A DNA stretch of 63,160 nt, the filler included, from Chiloscyllium plagiosum (lineage: Eukaryota): NCBI RefSeq assembly GCF_004010195.1. It is 4 parts of one record of this genome, joined end to end, with 100 filler letters (N's around TTAATTAATTAA, not from the genome) between each part and the next. Parts side by side here need not be neighbours in the genome. Positions count along the whole stretch, not along the records: positions 1 to 28,440 come from NC_057710.1; 3 more parts are not named here. The stretch is one strand, 5' to 3'. The notes under the pieces are model-generated. The model worked only from the letters and a program-made list of their open reading frames with translations, did not search any database and had not been told where the DNA came from. Positions 1 to 13,110 of this stretch are shown one piece after another; the stretch's first letter is position 1; each line of letters begins with the position of its first letter. The position numbers and the translations under genes were made by a program.

Positions 1-456
1 AGGTCAATTCCTGGAATGGCGGGGTTACCTTACACTGAAAGACTGGAGCGACTGGGCTTGTATACCCATGAGTTTAGAAGACTGAGAGGGGATCTGATTG
101 AGACATATAAGATTATTAAAGGATTGGACACTCTGGCAGCAGGAAACAAGATTCCGCTGATGGGTGAGTGCCGAACCAGAGGACACAGCTTAAAAATACG
201 GGGTAGACCATTTAGGACAGAGATGAGGAGACACGTCTTCAGCCAGAGAGTGGTGGCTGTGTGGAATCCAGTCTCTGGATTCATTTAAGAAAGAGTTGGA
301 TAGAGTTCTCAAGTATTGTGGAATCAAGGGTTATGGAGATAAGGCAGGAACAGGATACTGATTGAGGATGATCAGCCATGATCATATTGAATGGTGGTGC
401 AGGCTTGAAGGGCAGAATGGCCTATTCCTGAACCTATTGTCTATTGTCTATTGTCT
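1..456 (+). mobile_element. CR1 LINE 3' end (family A, (TATTGTC)n tail)
   Basis: ORF2 C-terminus RRLRGDLIETYKII...RTRGHSLK...FSQRVVAVWN, then 3' UTR and ctattgt repeats. Near-identical to 58740-59235. Confidence 0.9.
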
Positions 457-955
457 ACCAAATGTCATCTTCACTATCCTGTCTATCTGGGACTCTACTT
501 TCAAGGAACCATGAACCTGCACACCAAAACTCTCCAGGACCCTACCATTAAATCTATAAATCCTGCCCTGATTTGCCTTTCCAAACTGCAGGACCTCACA
601 TTTATCTAAATTAAACTCCTTCTACCACTCCTCAGTCCAGTGGCCCATCTGATCAAGATCCCGTTGTAATCTGAAGTAATCTTCTTCGCTAGCCACTAAA
701 CCCGAATTCTGGTGTCATCTGCAAACCTATTAACCATACCTCAAATGTTCACATCAAAATCATTTATGGAGTGATGTAGGTTGAAAATATTGCAACAGTT
801 AAAAGGCATCTGGATGGGTACATGAAAATGAAGTGTTTAGAGGGATTTGGGGCAAATGTTGGCAATTGGGACTGGATTAATATATATTATCTGGTCTACA
901 TGGGCCAGTTGGATCAAATGGTTTGGTTCCATGCTGTACATCTCTATGAAGCTCT
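457..955. mobile_element. CR1 family B fragments: minus-strand RT piece (457-768) joined to a plus-strand 3' terminus (775-955)
   Basis: The reverse complement of 457-768 matches the FADDTK/DLDQMG region of other CR1-B copies. 775-955 matches the ...gctgtacatctctatga 3' end. Confidence 0.75.
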
Positions 956-1482
956 AGGACCCTAAATCTTTCCTATATTTAAAGGCAAGTGTAGGGCACT
1001 TTGTTCTGGATTCAATCCCATTGGTCAAACTACCAGGCTTGAAGCAAAACAGATGTTATTCTTATGCTAAAGTTAAAATACAAACAAAAGAAAGAAGAAT
1101 TAACTCTTTTGGAAAACTGAACAGAATAATAGGTTATATAATTACTAAAGAGCAACTGTTCCAATATAGTAACATCCCATAAACACACATAAATACAGGC
1201 AATAGATTGTCTCACATGAAAATCCAGCAGGAGGAAGAGAAACCCAAGCAGTAGCAGAGAGATGAATAACAGCTTCCACATCCATCTTCAAGACCTCAAC
1301 AACTGCTAAAAGTTAAGCTAAGCTCCAGGTTCTGTGAGAGCTTGACCTTACCCCTTCAGGTTTCATCTTTTAAAAAAAGGCTTCACAATTTGTTTATTGG
1401 CTTAAAATAGACCACGCTGTCTCAACCTCTCTCCATAAAAAAAAGGACAAAATACACCTCTTAGATCCAAGGTATTGTCACA
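955..1482 (-). repeat. 3' LTR of the Gypsy element (distal end interrupted by CR1)
   Basis: Preceded on the minus strand by the PPT AAGGGGGGAGG then TGTGACA. Aligns with 8690-9130 plus 11364-11482 (e.g. caaacaaaagaaagaagaatt, ctgttccaat.tagtaacatcc, gtattgtcaca). Confidence 0.85.
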
Positions 1483-1912
1483 CCTCCCCCCTTATAAAAG
1501 AGCCTTCAATATACAAGTATGTCCACATTTTTAACAACCTTTAGTTTTACTCTATTAGTACACTTCAATAAATTTATCTTGCGTTGACTCTAAGCATGCA
1601 AACATTCAATACTCCAATCTACTTCAGTCTGTTTCTTCACACCACCAAATGCCTCCATCCTCACTATCAAAGCTGTGCAATGCATAGGTGATTATAGTCT
1701 CTTGTCTTGCCACCTATACAGTTTTCAAATTGAATAGCTGCACTAATAAATTCCATCTAAATAGTCTGAAATTGTTGACCTTAAATCTTTTGAAAAACTT
1801 TAAGGGGTTGTTATTCAGTATATACAAATATATTAGCCACATTATTGGCAACATGATTATTGAAATTTTGCCAGACTGATTGATTTATTGCATTAAAATA
1901 CAATCTTTCAAT

Positions 1913-2131
1913 CAATCAGTTCTGATATAACGCAGCAGTTCTGTTCACATGCGATCGTGCATTTTAAGAAAATAGCATAATAGCTACGCCATTTAAACTA
2001 ACGAGGCTGAAAATGCATTATAGCCACTGCAGGTAAGGAAAGTTAGTATTCTACAAATAACGGCCTAATTTCTTCAGTCGTGTTAAAGCTAATTTGCATT
2101 GAAGAAACACGCACCACAGCAGAACTGAGTG
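1913..2131. mobile_element. ~215-bp MITE, Tc1/mariner-Tigger-like, inserted in the Gypsy RNase H region
   Basis: Imperfect terminal inverted repeats cagttctgatataacgc...gcaccacagcagaactg. The TIR is related to that of 36936-37840. Confidence 0.6.
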
Positions 2132-2132
2132 A

Positions 2133-2610
2133 AAGGCTTTGTTTATGAGCAGTAGAGGCAGATCATTGTAAGCAAGGATGCACAGATCAAAAGGTTTAGA
2201 CAAAGGAATACAGGTTACATTGCTTATTGAGGCTAGATCATCCATTCATCAGTCTAATAACAGCCAGGAAGAAGCTGTTCCCGAATCTGCTGGTGCATGT
2301 GTTCAAGCTTCTGTATCTTCTGCCTGACGGAAGAGGTTGTAGGAGATTATCGGGTGGGATGGTCTTTGATGATGTTGGCAGCCCTTACACAGCAGCAAGC
2401 CATGTAGATGGCATTCATGGAGGGAAAGTTGGCTTCCATGACAGTCTGGTCTGTGTACACCACCTTCTGTAGTTTCCTACAGTGCAAGGTAGAGCAGTTG
2501 CCATACAGACTGTTATGAACCCAGACATTATGCTCTCAACGATACATCTGTAGAAGTTGGTGAGGATCCTTATGGCTTTCCAAGTTTCCCAAGCTGCCTG
2601 AGAAAGAAGA
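2133..2610 (-). mobile_element. Rex1/Babar LINE 3' fragment
   Basis: ILTNFYRCIVESIMSGFITV and LPSGRRYRSL-type C-terminal motifs, homologous to 23087-24160 and 40012-41714. Confidence 0.8.
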
Positions 2611-2766
2611 ATCTTGACTGTTGCATCAGTGGTGTCCTTCTCACCTTGCAGGAGTACAACACCAACAACCGCACCATTTGCATCAAGTGCCAACTTGAAT
2701 GGCTTTGTATAGTTAGTTAAAAATCACACAACACAACTTATAGTCCAACAGGTTTAATTGGAAGCA

Positions 2767-2801
2767 CACTAGCTTTCGGAGCAACGCTCCTTCATCAGGT
2801 G
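2767..2801 (-). ncRNA. Minimal type I hammerhead ribozyme motif (family H1) in a short PLE-derived insertion (~2717-2801)
   Basis: Minus strand reads CAC CUGAUGA A GGAGC GUU GCUCC GAAA GCU A GUG: stem I CAC/GUG, stem II GGAGC/GCUCC, palindromic stem III AGCU. Imperfect TSD tgtatagttag (2706-2716) / tgtatatttag (2800-2810). Confidence 0.8.
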
Positions 2802-4682
2802 TATATTTAGGTGTGGCTAACACTGGGGCAGTGGTTAACACAACTTTCAAGTTATGAAGTGCCTTCTGACACTCTTCCATCCACTGAAAGTTTTTGCACT
2901 GCTTCAATAGGTCAGTCAACAGATCAACCACACTGTTAAAATTCAATGCAAACTTTTGATAACAACCACACAGTGCTAGGAATCATAGGAATTCCCTTTG
3001 TCAGTGGTATGGGAAACTCCCCAATGACCTTTGTTTTCACATCATATGGGGCTGTTCATCCATGTCCAATTAAATTATCCAGAAACATCAATTGAGCGGC
3101 TGCAAACTTACTCTTTGACAGGTTGATCATCGAGCCCGCCTCCTGAGGTCAATTGAACAATGTGGATAGATATTTCAAATGTTCCTTCCGTGTATGACTA
3201 AACATCACCAGGTTGTCGATCTACACTACACAATTAGATAATCAGGAAATGACTTCATCGATTAGTCATTGAAGTATGGCTGGAACGTTCTTCATACCAA
3301 CTTTGTTTGGATCAACAATACTCACAAGATCACCAGCCATTTCATTTGTTAGCCACTTTGTCAAATGAAATGAAAAAGACTTCTATGTCCTTCTTGTCGA
3401 ATGTAGGCAGCACTTGGACATATTTAAACAAATCCCCATCAGGCCTTTGACAATGATGTGATTGCTATCCATCACTGCAATATTCCTTCTGAATTATATT
3501 TTTCACCATTAAAGTTTGCCTTGCACCTACATCTCTTAAAATTTTAATTTCTTTACCTGGTCCTCTTGGCATACATGAGTAAATCTTGCCCACACAAGTA
3601 AATTCTTTAAACAGGTCTGGCATTTTCATTTCAACTAACCTCTGACCAGGCTGTAGATTCTTAGCTTCCACTGGGATCTCCTTTACCACATTAATAAGCC
3701 TCATTGACTTATCTTACATACCATTTTTGTTTTCCCAGTACTATTCTTAAACTACCAACGCTGCAACTTCATGTGTCTTACTGTATTACAGAGAAAACAC
3801 CTGAGCTTTTTTACTTCTCTTTTCCCCTCATGGGCAATTCTTTTAAACCTGTGGTAAGCTGTCTTTTCTATCTTCATTAAGATCGACTTTTGCCTTACCA
3901 CCTGAGGATTTCTCTTTTCTCCAATTTCTATCTCTCATGGATTGAAATTGATGTCACAAGCTAAACGTTGATTTAAGAGCCATCTGTATTTCTGCTCCTA
4001 TTCTTGCAACCTTAACTCTTTGCCCTTCCACATTAGTCCTTAAGACTTCAGGAAGTGAATGTTTTATCTCCTCCAAATTAATCATATCTATAACAGCATC
4101 ATATGTCTGATCTATTGTTTATGCTTTTATCCACTTATCAAAGTCACTTTGCTTGAACCTTTCAAACTCTGTATCTGACACTGGTTTCTATGCACTTAAA
4201 ATTGTTTTATTTTTACCTTGTCATAACCCCCCCCCAAAAAAAAACCTCCTCTGACAGTGATACAAATACCTCACTAGCTCTATCTACCAACTTTGTTTGC
4301 ATCAACAGTACCCACATGATCAAAGGACATTTCATTTGTTTAGCCACTTTCTCAAATGAAATGAAAAAGACTTTGATGTCCTTCTTGTTGAATTTAGGCA
4401 GCAGTTGGACACATTTAAACATATCCCCACTAGGCCTTTGGCTACAGCACGATTGCTCTCCATCACTGTCCTCATCACTACTCTAACATTTTACCTCAAT
4501 TTCTGCCATTTGAAATCGACTTTGAATTCCAACCTCCAAAGTTCAAAAATTCGATCTTTCACCCTTTCTTCTGACCTGTTCTTTGTTTCCTTTACTATTT
4601 CTTCTGCTTGAGCTATTTTCTCATTCTACTTTTCTTCAGTTTTCAATTGTAATTCAAACAGTTTTATTTTCTTTTCATGGCT

Positions 4683-7600
4683 AACTGACAGAGTTAGCTG
4701 ATACTGCCTTTGCTGTTGAATTCATGTATCGCTGGACATCGGAGTGCATCTGGGAAAGTCAAAAAACAGTGAACTTCACAAATGATCTTGGAGGAACCTG
4801 CTTGGGAGCAGTCACAGCACAGAAGCAGATAAGTGGATTTTAAGTGCGGCCTTAAAATAAGTCTGCATTAGTGAATAGAGTGGGTTCTTTCCTGATTATA
4901 TGTTTTATTGAGCTATGTCTCTTGGTTAAACCTAAAATATAAGTCATAAGTATTAATTTAACCTGGAGCAGTGTTTTTCAGAGGAATAAGGCAGTGCCAT
5001 TTTCTGGGTCTGCAGATTGAAAGAAGCAAAAATGGCCCTTAGTAGAGTGATATGCTCTTCTTGTTGGATGTGGGAATTTAGAGAGAGTTTATGGGTAACA
5101 GGATTATTTCTGCAATAAATGCCGTTGGTTGTGAATCCTATTAGATTGAATGGATCGGTTGGACAGACAGTTAGAGGCAATGAGGAATTCACAAGAGCAA
5201 GGCGATGTGATGGATGGCAATTGTAGGAAGGGGGGGAAGTCTCAGATACAGTCACATAGATGGGTTAACTTCAGGCAACGTAACAGAGGTAGGCAGGTAG
5301 TGCAGGAGTCTTCTGTGTCTATCTCCATTTCAAACAAGTATGCTGTTTTGGAAAATGTAGCGTGTGATGGATTCTTAGGGGAATGTAGCACAAACAGCCA
5401 AGTTTCTGGTATTGAGACTGGCTCTAATGCAACGAGGAGTACGTAAGGTTCAAAGCAATCGATTGTCTTAGGGGACTCTCTAGTCCGTGGTTCAGATGGA
5501 CGTTTCTGTGGTCAGCAATGAAAAGTCAGAATGGTGTGTTGCTTCCCTGGTGCCAGGATCAAGGATGTCTCAGAAAGGGTGCAGAATGTTCTCACGGGGG
5601 AGAGGGGCCAGCAGGAGGTCATTGTACACATTGGAATCAACGACATAGGAAGGGAAAACGATGAGATTCTGAAGGGAGATTAGAGAGTTAGGCAGGAATT
5701 TAAAAAGGAAGTCCTCAAGAGTAGTAATACCGAAATTACTCCCAGTGCTACGAGCTAGTGAGGGCAGGAATAGGAGAATAGAGCAGATGAATGCATGGCT
5801 GAGGAGCTGGTGTACGGGAGAAAGATTCACATTTTCGGATCATTGGAAGCTGTTTTGGGAAGAATTGACCTGTACAAGCAGGATGGATTGCACCTAAATT
5901 GGAAGGGGACTAATATACTGGCAGGGAGATTTGCTAGAACTGCTCAGGAGGATTTACACTAGTAAGGTGGAGGGGTGGGACCCAGGGAGATGGTGAGGAA
6001 AGATTTAAATCTGAGACTGATACAGTTGAGAACAAAGGTGCGTCAAACATCCAGGGCAGGCAGGGATAAAGCAGAGAACAAGATAGGACTGATAAATTAA
6101 ACTGCATTTATCTAAATGCAAGAGGTCTAACAGGGAAGGCAGATGAACTCAGGGCATGGTTAGGAACATGGGACTGGGATATCGTAGCAATTACAGAAAC
6201 ATGGCTCAGGGATGGACAGGATTGGCAGCTTAATGTTTCAGGATACAAATGCTACGGGAAGGATAGAAAGGGAGGCAAAAGAGGAGGGGGAGTGGCATTT
6301 TTGATAAGGGATAGCATTACAGCTGTGCTGAGGGAGGATATTCCCAGAAATACATCCAGGGAAGTTATTTGGGTGGAACTGAGAAATAAGAAAGGGATGA
6401 TCACCTTATTTGGATTGTATTATTGATGCCCCAATAGTCAGAGGGAAATTGAGAAACAAATTTGTAAGGAGATCTCAGCTATCTGTAAGAATAATAGGGT
6501 AGTTATGGTAGGGGATTTTAACTTTCCAAATATAGACTGGGACTGCCATAGTGTTAAGGGTTTAGATGGAGAGGAATTTGTTAAGTGTGTACCAGAATAT
6601 TTTCTGATTCAGTATGTGGATGTACCTACTAGAGAAGGTGCAAAACCTGACCTACGTTTGGGAAATAAGGCAAACAAGAATCCAGAGAAAGTATATTCCT
6701 GTCAGGGTAAAAGGGAAGGCTGGTAGGTCTAGAGAATGCTGGATGACTAAAGAAATTGAGGGTTTGGTTAAGAAAAAGAAGGAAGCATATGCAAGGTACA
6801 GACAGGATAGCTTGAGTGAATCCCTAGAAGAGTATAAAGGCAGTAGGGGTACGCTTAAGAGGGAAATCAGGAGGGCAAAACGGGGACATGAGATAGCTTT
6901 GGCAAATAGAGTTAAAGAGAATCCAAATGGTTTTCCAAAAACATTAAGGACAAAAGGGTAATTAGGGAGAGAATAGGGCCCCTCAAAGGTGTCCTTTGTG
7001 TGGAGCCGCGGGAGATGGGGGAGATACTAACCAAGTATTTTGCATCAGTATTTACTGTGGAAAAGGACATGGATTATATAGAATGTAGGGAAATAAATGG
7101 GGACATCTTGAAAAATGTCCATATTAAAGAGGAGGAAGTGCTGGATGTCTTGAAACACATAACATTGGATAAATCCCCTGGAACTGAATCAGGTGTACAC
7201 TAGAACTCTGTGGGAAGCTAGGGAAGTGATTGCTGGGCCTCTTACTCAGATAATTATATCATCAATAGTCACAGGTGAGGTGCCAGAAAACTGGGCGTTG
7301 GCTAATGTGGTGCCACTATTTAAGAAAGATGGTAAAGACAAGTCAGGGAACTATAAGCCAGTGAGCCTGATGTCGGTGGTGGGGAAGTTGTTGGAGGGAA
7401 TCCTGAGGGACAGGATGTACATGTATTTGGAAAGGCAAGGACTGATTAGGAATAGTCAGCATGTCTTTGTGCGTGGGAAATTATGTCTCACAAACTTGAT
7501 TGAGTTTTTTGTTGAAGTAACAAAGAGGAGTGATATGGGAAGAGCAGTACATGTGATCTAAATGGCCTTCAGTAAGGCGTTCAACAAGGTTCCCCATGGG

Positions 7601-8195
7601 AGACTGGTGAACAACTTTAGATCTCATGGAATACAGGGGGAACTCTGTTGGAATATTGCATGCAATTTCGGTCTCCTTCCTATTGGAAAGATTTGTGAAA
7701 CTTGAAAAGGTTCAGAAAAGATTTATAAGGATGTTGCCAGGGTTGGAGGATTTGAGCTATCGGGAGAAGTTGAACAGGTTGGGGGCTGTTTTCCCTGGAG
7801 TGTCAGAGGCTGAAGGATGACCTTATCGAGGCTTATAAAATCATGAGGGCGTAGATTGAATAAATAGACAAAGTCTTTTTTCTGGGGTGGGAGAGTCCAG
7901 AACTAAAGCGGATAGATTTAGGGTGACAGGGGAAAGACATAAAAGAGCCCTACGGGGCAACCTTTTCACTCAGAGTGTGGTGTGTGTATGGAATGAGTTG
8001 CCAGAGGAAGTGGTGGAGGCTAGCACAATTGCAACATTTAAAAGACATTTGGATGGGTATATGAATATGAAGGGTTTGGAGGGATATGGGCCGGGCGCTG
8101 GCAGATGGGACCAGATTAGGTTGGGATATCTGGTCAGCATGGACGGGTTGGACCAATCGGTCTGTTTCCATGCTGTACATCTCTATGACTCTATG
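4683..8195 (+). mobile_element. Near full-length but internally deleted CR1 LINE (5' UTR, ORF1 zinc finger/esterase, ORF2 EN-RT, 3' tail), inserted in Gypsy gag
   Basis: ORF1 has CSSCWMW..CNKC and SGNH/GDSL motifs GDSLVRG, VHIGINDI, DGLHLN. ORF2 has GDFNFPNIDW and NYKPVSL. Tail is ctctatgactctatg. Multiple stops and frameshifts. Confidence 0.9.
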
Positions 8196-8665
8196 TGCAA
8201 GCTGTTTTAGTTCTTTTGCTCTTTTTCTCTGCTGCAATTATCTCTCTTTCTTTTGCATATGCTTCCCTTTTTCCCTTGCTATGGCCTCCAATTCAAGCTG
8301 CTTCATTGAATTGTAGCCATTTTCAATCACTCTGATGACGTTTATTGTAATTATAAATGTTGAATTATTGCTGCAATTGGTGCTTATTGCACAGACAAAG
8401 GCAACACCAATTCCAGCTGGTCTGCCAGTTTTAAAAGTTAAGCCTTATGGACATCTGTGAACTGCCCCAAATGACCTTGTCCAAACAGAATAAACTCTTA
8501 GCCTCTGAAAGAGCCATTATTACACATAGCACACTTCATTTCAACCAACCGAATTCAACACATAGAAAGAGAACACCAGCACTCACCACTCACTATCTTT
8601 AAGTCCAATAGCTATAAACCCAGCCAGGAATTAGAAATTTTAATCCCAACAAAAGCCCCCTGTTT

Positions 8666-11482
8666 CTTATTGATCATACCAAATATAGCCTCAACTCCAA
8701 CTTTTTCTCATTTTAAAAAGTAAGTGTCTTGCACTGTATTACAGATGGAATTCAATTATTCAAACTATTGGGCTTGAAGCAAAATACACTTTGTTCGAGC
8801 ATTATCACTAAAATGCAAACAAAAGAAAGAAGAATTGGAATAACGTAAATCTAAGGAACACCAAAAGACAAATAGAGTATTTATTTACTAAACAGTGACT
8901 GTTCCAATGTAGTAACATCCTGTAAATGCATTTAAGGCAAAAGCAAATTCAGTAAATAGCCTCACATGCAATTCTAACAGCAGGACAAGAACCCAAGGTG
9001 CTAGCTGTAGCAGAGAGAGGAATAAGAGCTTCCACTTCAAACTTCGAGACCCCAGAAATTGCTGAATGTTTCACTAAAATCCTCGTTCTGTGGGATTCTT
9101 GACACCACTCCTTCATGCTGCTTCTATTGTTCCAACGTAAAAAAATATGTTGAAGTTCAAAATTGTAGGAAGGCTAATTTTGATGGTATTAGGCAAGAAC
9201 TTTCAAAAGCTGATTGGGGGCAGATGTTCGCAGGTAAAGGACGGTTGTGAAATGGGAAACCTTCAGAAATAAGATAACTAGAGTCCAAAGACAGTATATT
9301 CCTGTCAGGGTGAAAGGAAAGGTGAATAAGGTATAGGGAATGCTGGATGATGAGAGAAATTGAGGGTTTGGTGAAGAAAAAGAAGGAAGCATATGACAGA
9401 CATAGACAGGAGAAATCAAGACAATCCTTAGAAGAGTATAAAGGCAGTAGGTGTATACTTAAGAGGGAAATAAGGAGAGCAAAAAGGGGACATGAAATAG
9501 CTTTGGCAAATAGGGTTAAGGAGAATTCAAAGGGTGTTTACAAACACATTAAGGACAAAAGGGAAACTAGGGAGCGAGTAGGGCCCTTCAAAGATTAGCA
9601 AGGCGGCCTTTGTGTGGAGCCGCAGGAGATGGGGGAGATACTAAACGGGTATTTTGCATCAGTGTTCACTGTGGAGAAGGGCATGGATGATATAGATTGT
9701 TGGGAAATAGATGGTGACATCTTGAAAAATGACCATATTACAGAGGAGGAAGTGCTGGATGTCTTGAAACGCATGAAAGTGGATAAATCCCCAGGACCTG
9801 ATCAGGTGTACCTTAGAACTCTGTGGGAAGCTAGGGAAGTGATTGCTGGGTCTCTTGCTGAGATATTTGTATCATTAATAGTCACAGGTGAGGTGCTAAA
9901 AGACTGGAGGTTGGCTAACATGGTACCACTATTTAAGAAAGGTGATTAGGAAAAGTCAGGGAATTATAGACCGGTGAGCCTGACGTCGGTGGTGGGCAAG
10001 TTGTTGGAGGGAATCCTGAGGGACAGGATTTACACGTACTTGGAAAGGCAAGGACTGATTAGGGAATAGTCAACATGGCTTTGTGCATGGGAAATCATGT
10101 CTTACAAACTTGATTGAGATTTTTTAAAGAAATAACAAAGAGGATTGATGAGGGCAGAGCGGTGGATGTGATCTATATGGACCTCAGTAAGGCATTCGAC
10201 AAGGTTTCCCATGGGAGACTGGTTAGCAAGGTTAGATCTCATGGAATACAAGGAGAACTAGCCATTTGGATACAGAACTGGCTCAAAGGTAGAAGATAGA
10301 GGGTGATGGTGGAGGGTTGCTTTTCTGACTGGAGGCCAGTGACCAGTGGAGTGCACAAGGATCGGTGCTGGGCCCACTACTTTTTTGTCACTTTTCCTAT
10401 TGTCCAAATCCAAGTGATTTGGATTTGGACAATAGGAAGTATAGTTAGTAAGTTTGCAGATGACACCAATATTGGAGGTGCAGTGGACATTGAAGAAGGT
10501 TACCTCAAGATTACAATGGGATCTTGATCAGACGGGCCAATGGGCTGAGGGGAGGCAGACATTTAGATAAATACGAGGTACTGCAGTTTGATAAAGTAAA
10601 TCAGAGCAGGATTTATACACTTAATGATAAAGTCCTAGGGAGTGTTGCTGAACAAAGCGACCTTGGAGTGTAGGTTCATAGCTCCTTGAAACTAGAGTCG
10701 CAGGTAGATAGGATAGTGAAGAAGGCATTTGGTATGCTTTCCTTTATTGGTCAGAGTATTGAGTGCAAGAGTTGGGAGGTTATGTCGCAGCTGTCCAGGA
10801 CATTGGTTAGGCCACTCTTGGAATATTGCAATTCTGGTCTCCTTCCTATCGGAAAGATGTTATGAAACTTGAAAGGGTTCAGAAAAGATTTACAAGAATG
10901 TTGCCAGGGTTGGAGGATTTGAGCTATAGGGAGAGGCTGAATGGGCTGGGGTTCTTTTCCTTGGAGTGTGGAGACTGACGGGTGACCTTATAGAAAATGT
11001 ATAAAATCATGAGGGACATGGATAGGATAAATGGACAAAGTCTTTTCCCTGGGGTTGGGGAGTCCAACAGAACTAGAGGGCATAGGTTTAGGGTGAGAGG
11101 GGAAAGATATAAAAGGATCCTAAGGAGCAATGTTTTCACACAGAGGGTGGTACGTATATGGAATGAGCTGCCAGAGGAAGTGGTGGAGGCTGGTACAATT
11201 ACAACATTTAAAAGGCATCTGGATGGGTATATGAATAGGAAGGGTTTGGAGGGATATGGGCCGGGTACTGGCAGGTGGGACTAGTTTGGGTTGGGATATC
11301 TGGTCGGCATGGATGGGTTGGACCAAAGGGTCTGTTTCCGTGCTGTACATCTCTATGACTCTAAAACCCAAAGCCTCACAAGTTGTTCACTTTATTGGTT
11401 TAGAACAGACTGCTCGACATCTCTGTCTCAAGCTTTCTTCATCAAAAAAGGTACACCGCTTAATGCCAATAGTATTGTCACA
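8666..11482 (-). repeat. 5' LTR of the Gypsy element, split by a CR1 insertion (LTR parts 8666-9136 and 11364-11482)
   Basis: Homologous to 955-1482. Followed on the minus strand by aGGGGGCTTTTGTTGGGAT, which resembles the tRNA-Pro PBS TGGGGGCTCGTCCGGGAT. Confidence 0.8.
9137..11363 (+). mobile_element. 5'-truncated CR1 family B (ORF2 RT and 3' end), inserted in the Gypsy 5' LTR
   Basis: KSPGPDQVY, DLSKAFDKV, KFADDT, RTRGHRF motifs and the ctctatgactcta tail. LTR sequence resumes at 11364. Confidence 0.9.
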
Positions 11483-12259
11483 AACTTGCATGATTTGCTC
11501 TTCTGTTTTTATTCCTCTTTCTTGGTTTAACTATTTTGCATCTTTGAATTATCCTTTCACCTCTAATACCTAAAAGGTGAACTTCCAACTCTGAAATAGA
11601 ATAGTTGGGTGGAAGATGATGTCTTGCTGACAGGAAACCCAAGTTTAGATGAAGATCTGGGGGAACCTAAATCTCACAGGTGATTGTGTTGAAGAAAATA
11701 TTCAGGCTGATCAAGATCATTAGTCCAGCAGTGATTAACCTCTCTCATGATGCAGTTAATCTGAACATCCATGAAATCCCTGACTTGGACAAAGATGTCA
11801 TCAAGCAGGTGTTAATTTCCAAAGTGAGGGTGCTTCCATAGGGTCTTGTATTTGTCCCTCTGATAGAATAGGGCAGTTCTGAGGAATGGTCACTCGATCC
11901 AAAACATTAACTCCTTTTCTCTCCCAAGATGCTTTTCCAATAATTTCTATTTTGTCTCTGATTTACATCATCTATAGTCCTTTTAGCGTTTTTTTTTTAC
12001 AATAGGGCATTTGTTATGACTAGGCTATGCTCCAGGCATTTTTTTGGGGGTGACGAACTGTTGACAGGTAATGATTCTTTTAAGACCCTGGGATAATCTC
12101 GGATCATTTCAATTGATTGTTTTAATTTCCTCTTTCCTTTCCACTTTGTGACTGTCAGGCATTTTTCAAAGTATGCCACAATGAAGATATTCACCCTTTC
12201 TCTGTGCTCCATTATCAATTCGTTAGTCTCACTCACTTGACAACAAACATTCACTTTAG

Positions 12260-12860
12260 TTAACAAACGCAAAAAATGATGGAGAAACTCAACAGGTTTG
12301 GCAGCAACTGTGGAGAGAAAACAGAGTTAACATTTCCAGTCCAGTGACCTTTCTTCAGAACTGCTAGCAGCTAGGAATGGGTAGATATGTGGTATTTATG
12401 CCCCCCCCAGGGTGGGGGGATTAAATGGATAGGTGCAAATGGAGCCCAGAGAGATACAGGAACAAAGGCTGGCAGATAAAGGAATTTTTTGATAGCAAAC
12501 TAGAAGAGAAGATAGATAGATGATAATAGGGGCTATGAGTAGTTGAAAATGGGCTGGCTGTGTTGAAAGTGAGGGCTAGGGGACCTTACCATTGTTGTGC
12601 GATGAAAGAGAAGGGGTGAAGGCAGAACTGGAACAAGGTGAGTGGATAGGTGGAGCTGGAGCCCAGACAGAGGGATATATGAAAGGGGCAGACAGAAAAG
12701 AGAATTATTTGGACTAAATCAGGACAGAAGAGAAGCAACCCATGTCATGGCAGGGTCAGGATGAGGGGGTAAGTAAGAAAAAAATGGAAGAACATGATCA
12801 GGCTCAATGTTCAGCCCTCAACACTGCAGGGACCCCAAGCAAAAGACGAGATGCTGTTCA
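12260..12860 (-). mobile_element. Penelope-like element 3' region (family H3) with a decayed hammerhead at ~12325-12362
   Basis: Minus strand reads AGUU CUGAAGA A AGGUC ACUG GACUG GAAA UGU U AACU. The flanking sequence is homologous to 39620-39900 and 41750-41890. Confidence 0.65.
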
Positions 12861-13110
12861 CAGAATCCTCACAGGGTGGAAAGGAGCCAGTCAGCTCATT
12901 GAAATCCAATGATCCTCCCCTCCAGAACCACTACATCCCTGTCCCTGGATACTATATGACTCTTTAGCATGGTCAATCTGCATTAACTTCACACTTTTAG
13001 ACTATGGAAGGAAACTGGAGCACCCAGAGGAAATTTGAAGTTACCCAAGGTTGGAATTGAACTCGGGTCCCCTGTGTTGGGAGGCAGCAGTGCTGACCAT
13101 TGCGCCGTCA
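12860..13110 (-). mobile_element. Degenerate HE1-like tRNA-derived SINE
   Basis: Similar to the other SINE copies (ggaggcagcagtgctgaccattgcgcc, ggaaactggagcacccagagg). Confidence 0.6.

Larger units (their letters stand above)
955..11482 (-). mobile_element. Decayed Gypsy/Ty3 LTR retrotransposon (Gmr1-like domain order) with several nested insertions
   Basis: Two homologous LTRs both begin TGTGACA on the minus strand (at 11482 and 1482). Also present: degenerate tRNA-Pro PBS at ~8643-8661; gag (8530-8196 and 4680-3750) with FFISFEKVAKQMK and a decayed CCHC knuckle at ~3760-3800; protease ILRDVGARQTL at ~3510-3550; RT FGMKNVPA...FQWMEECQKA...TAPVLATP; RNase H C-terminus RLFRWNLL at ~1700-1800; PPT at 1483-1493. 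Confidence 0.85.
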
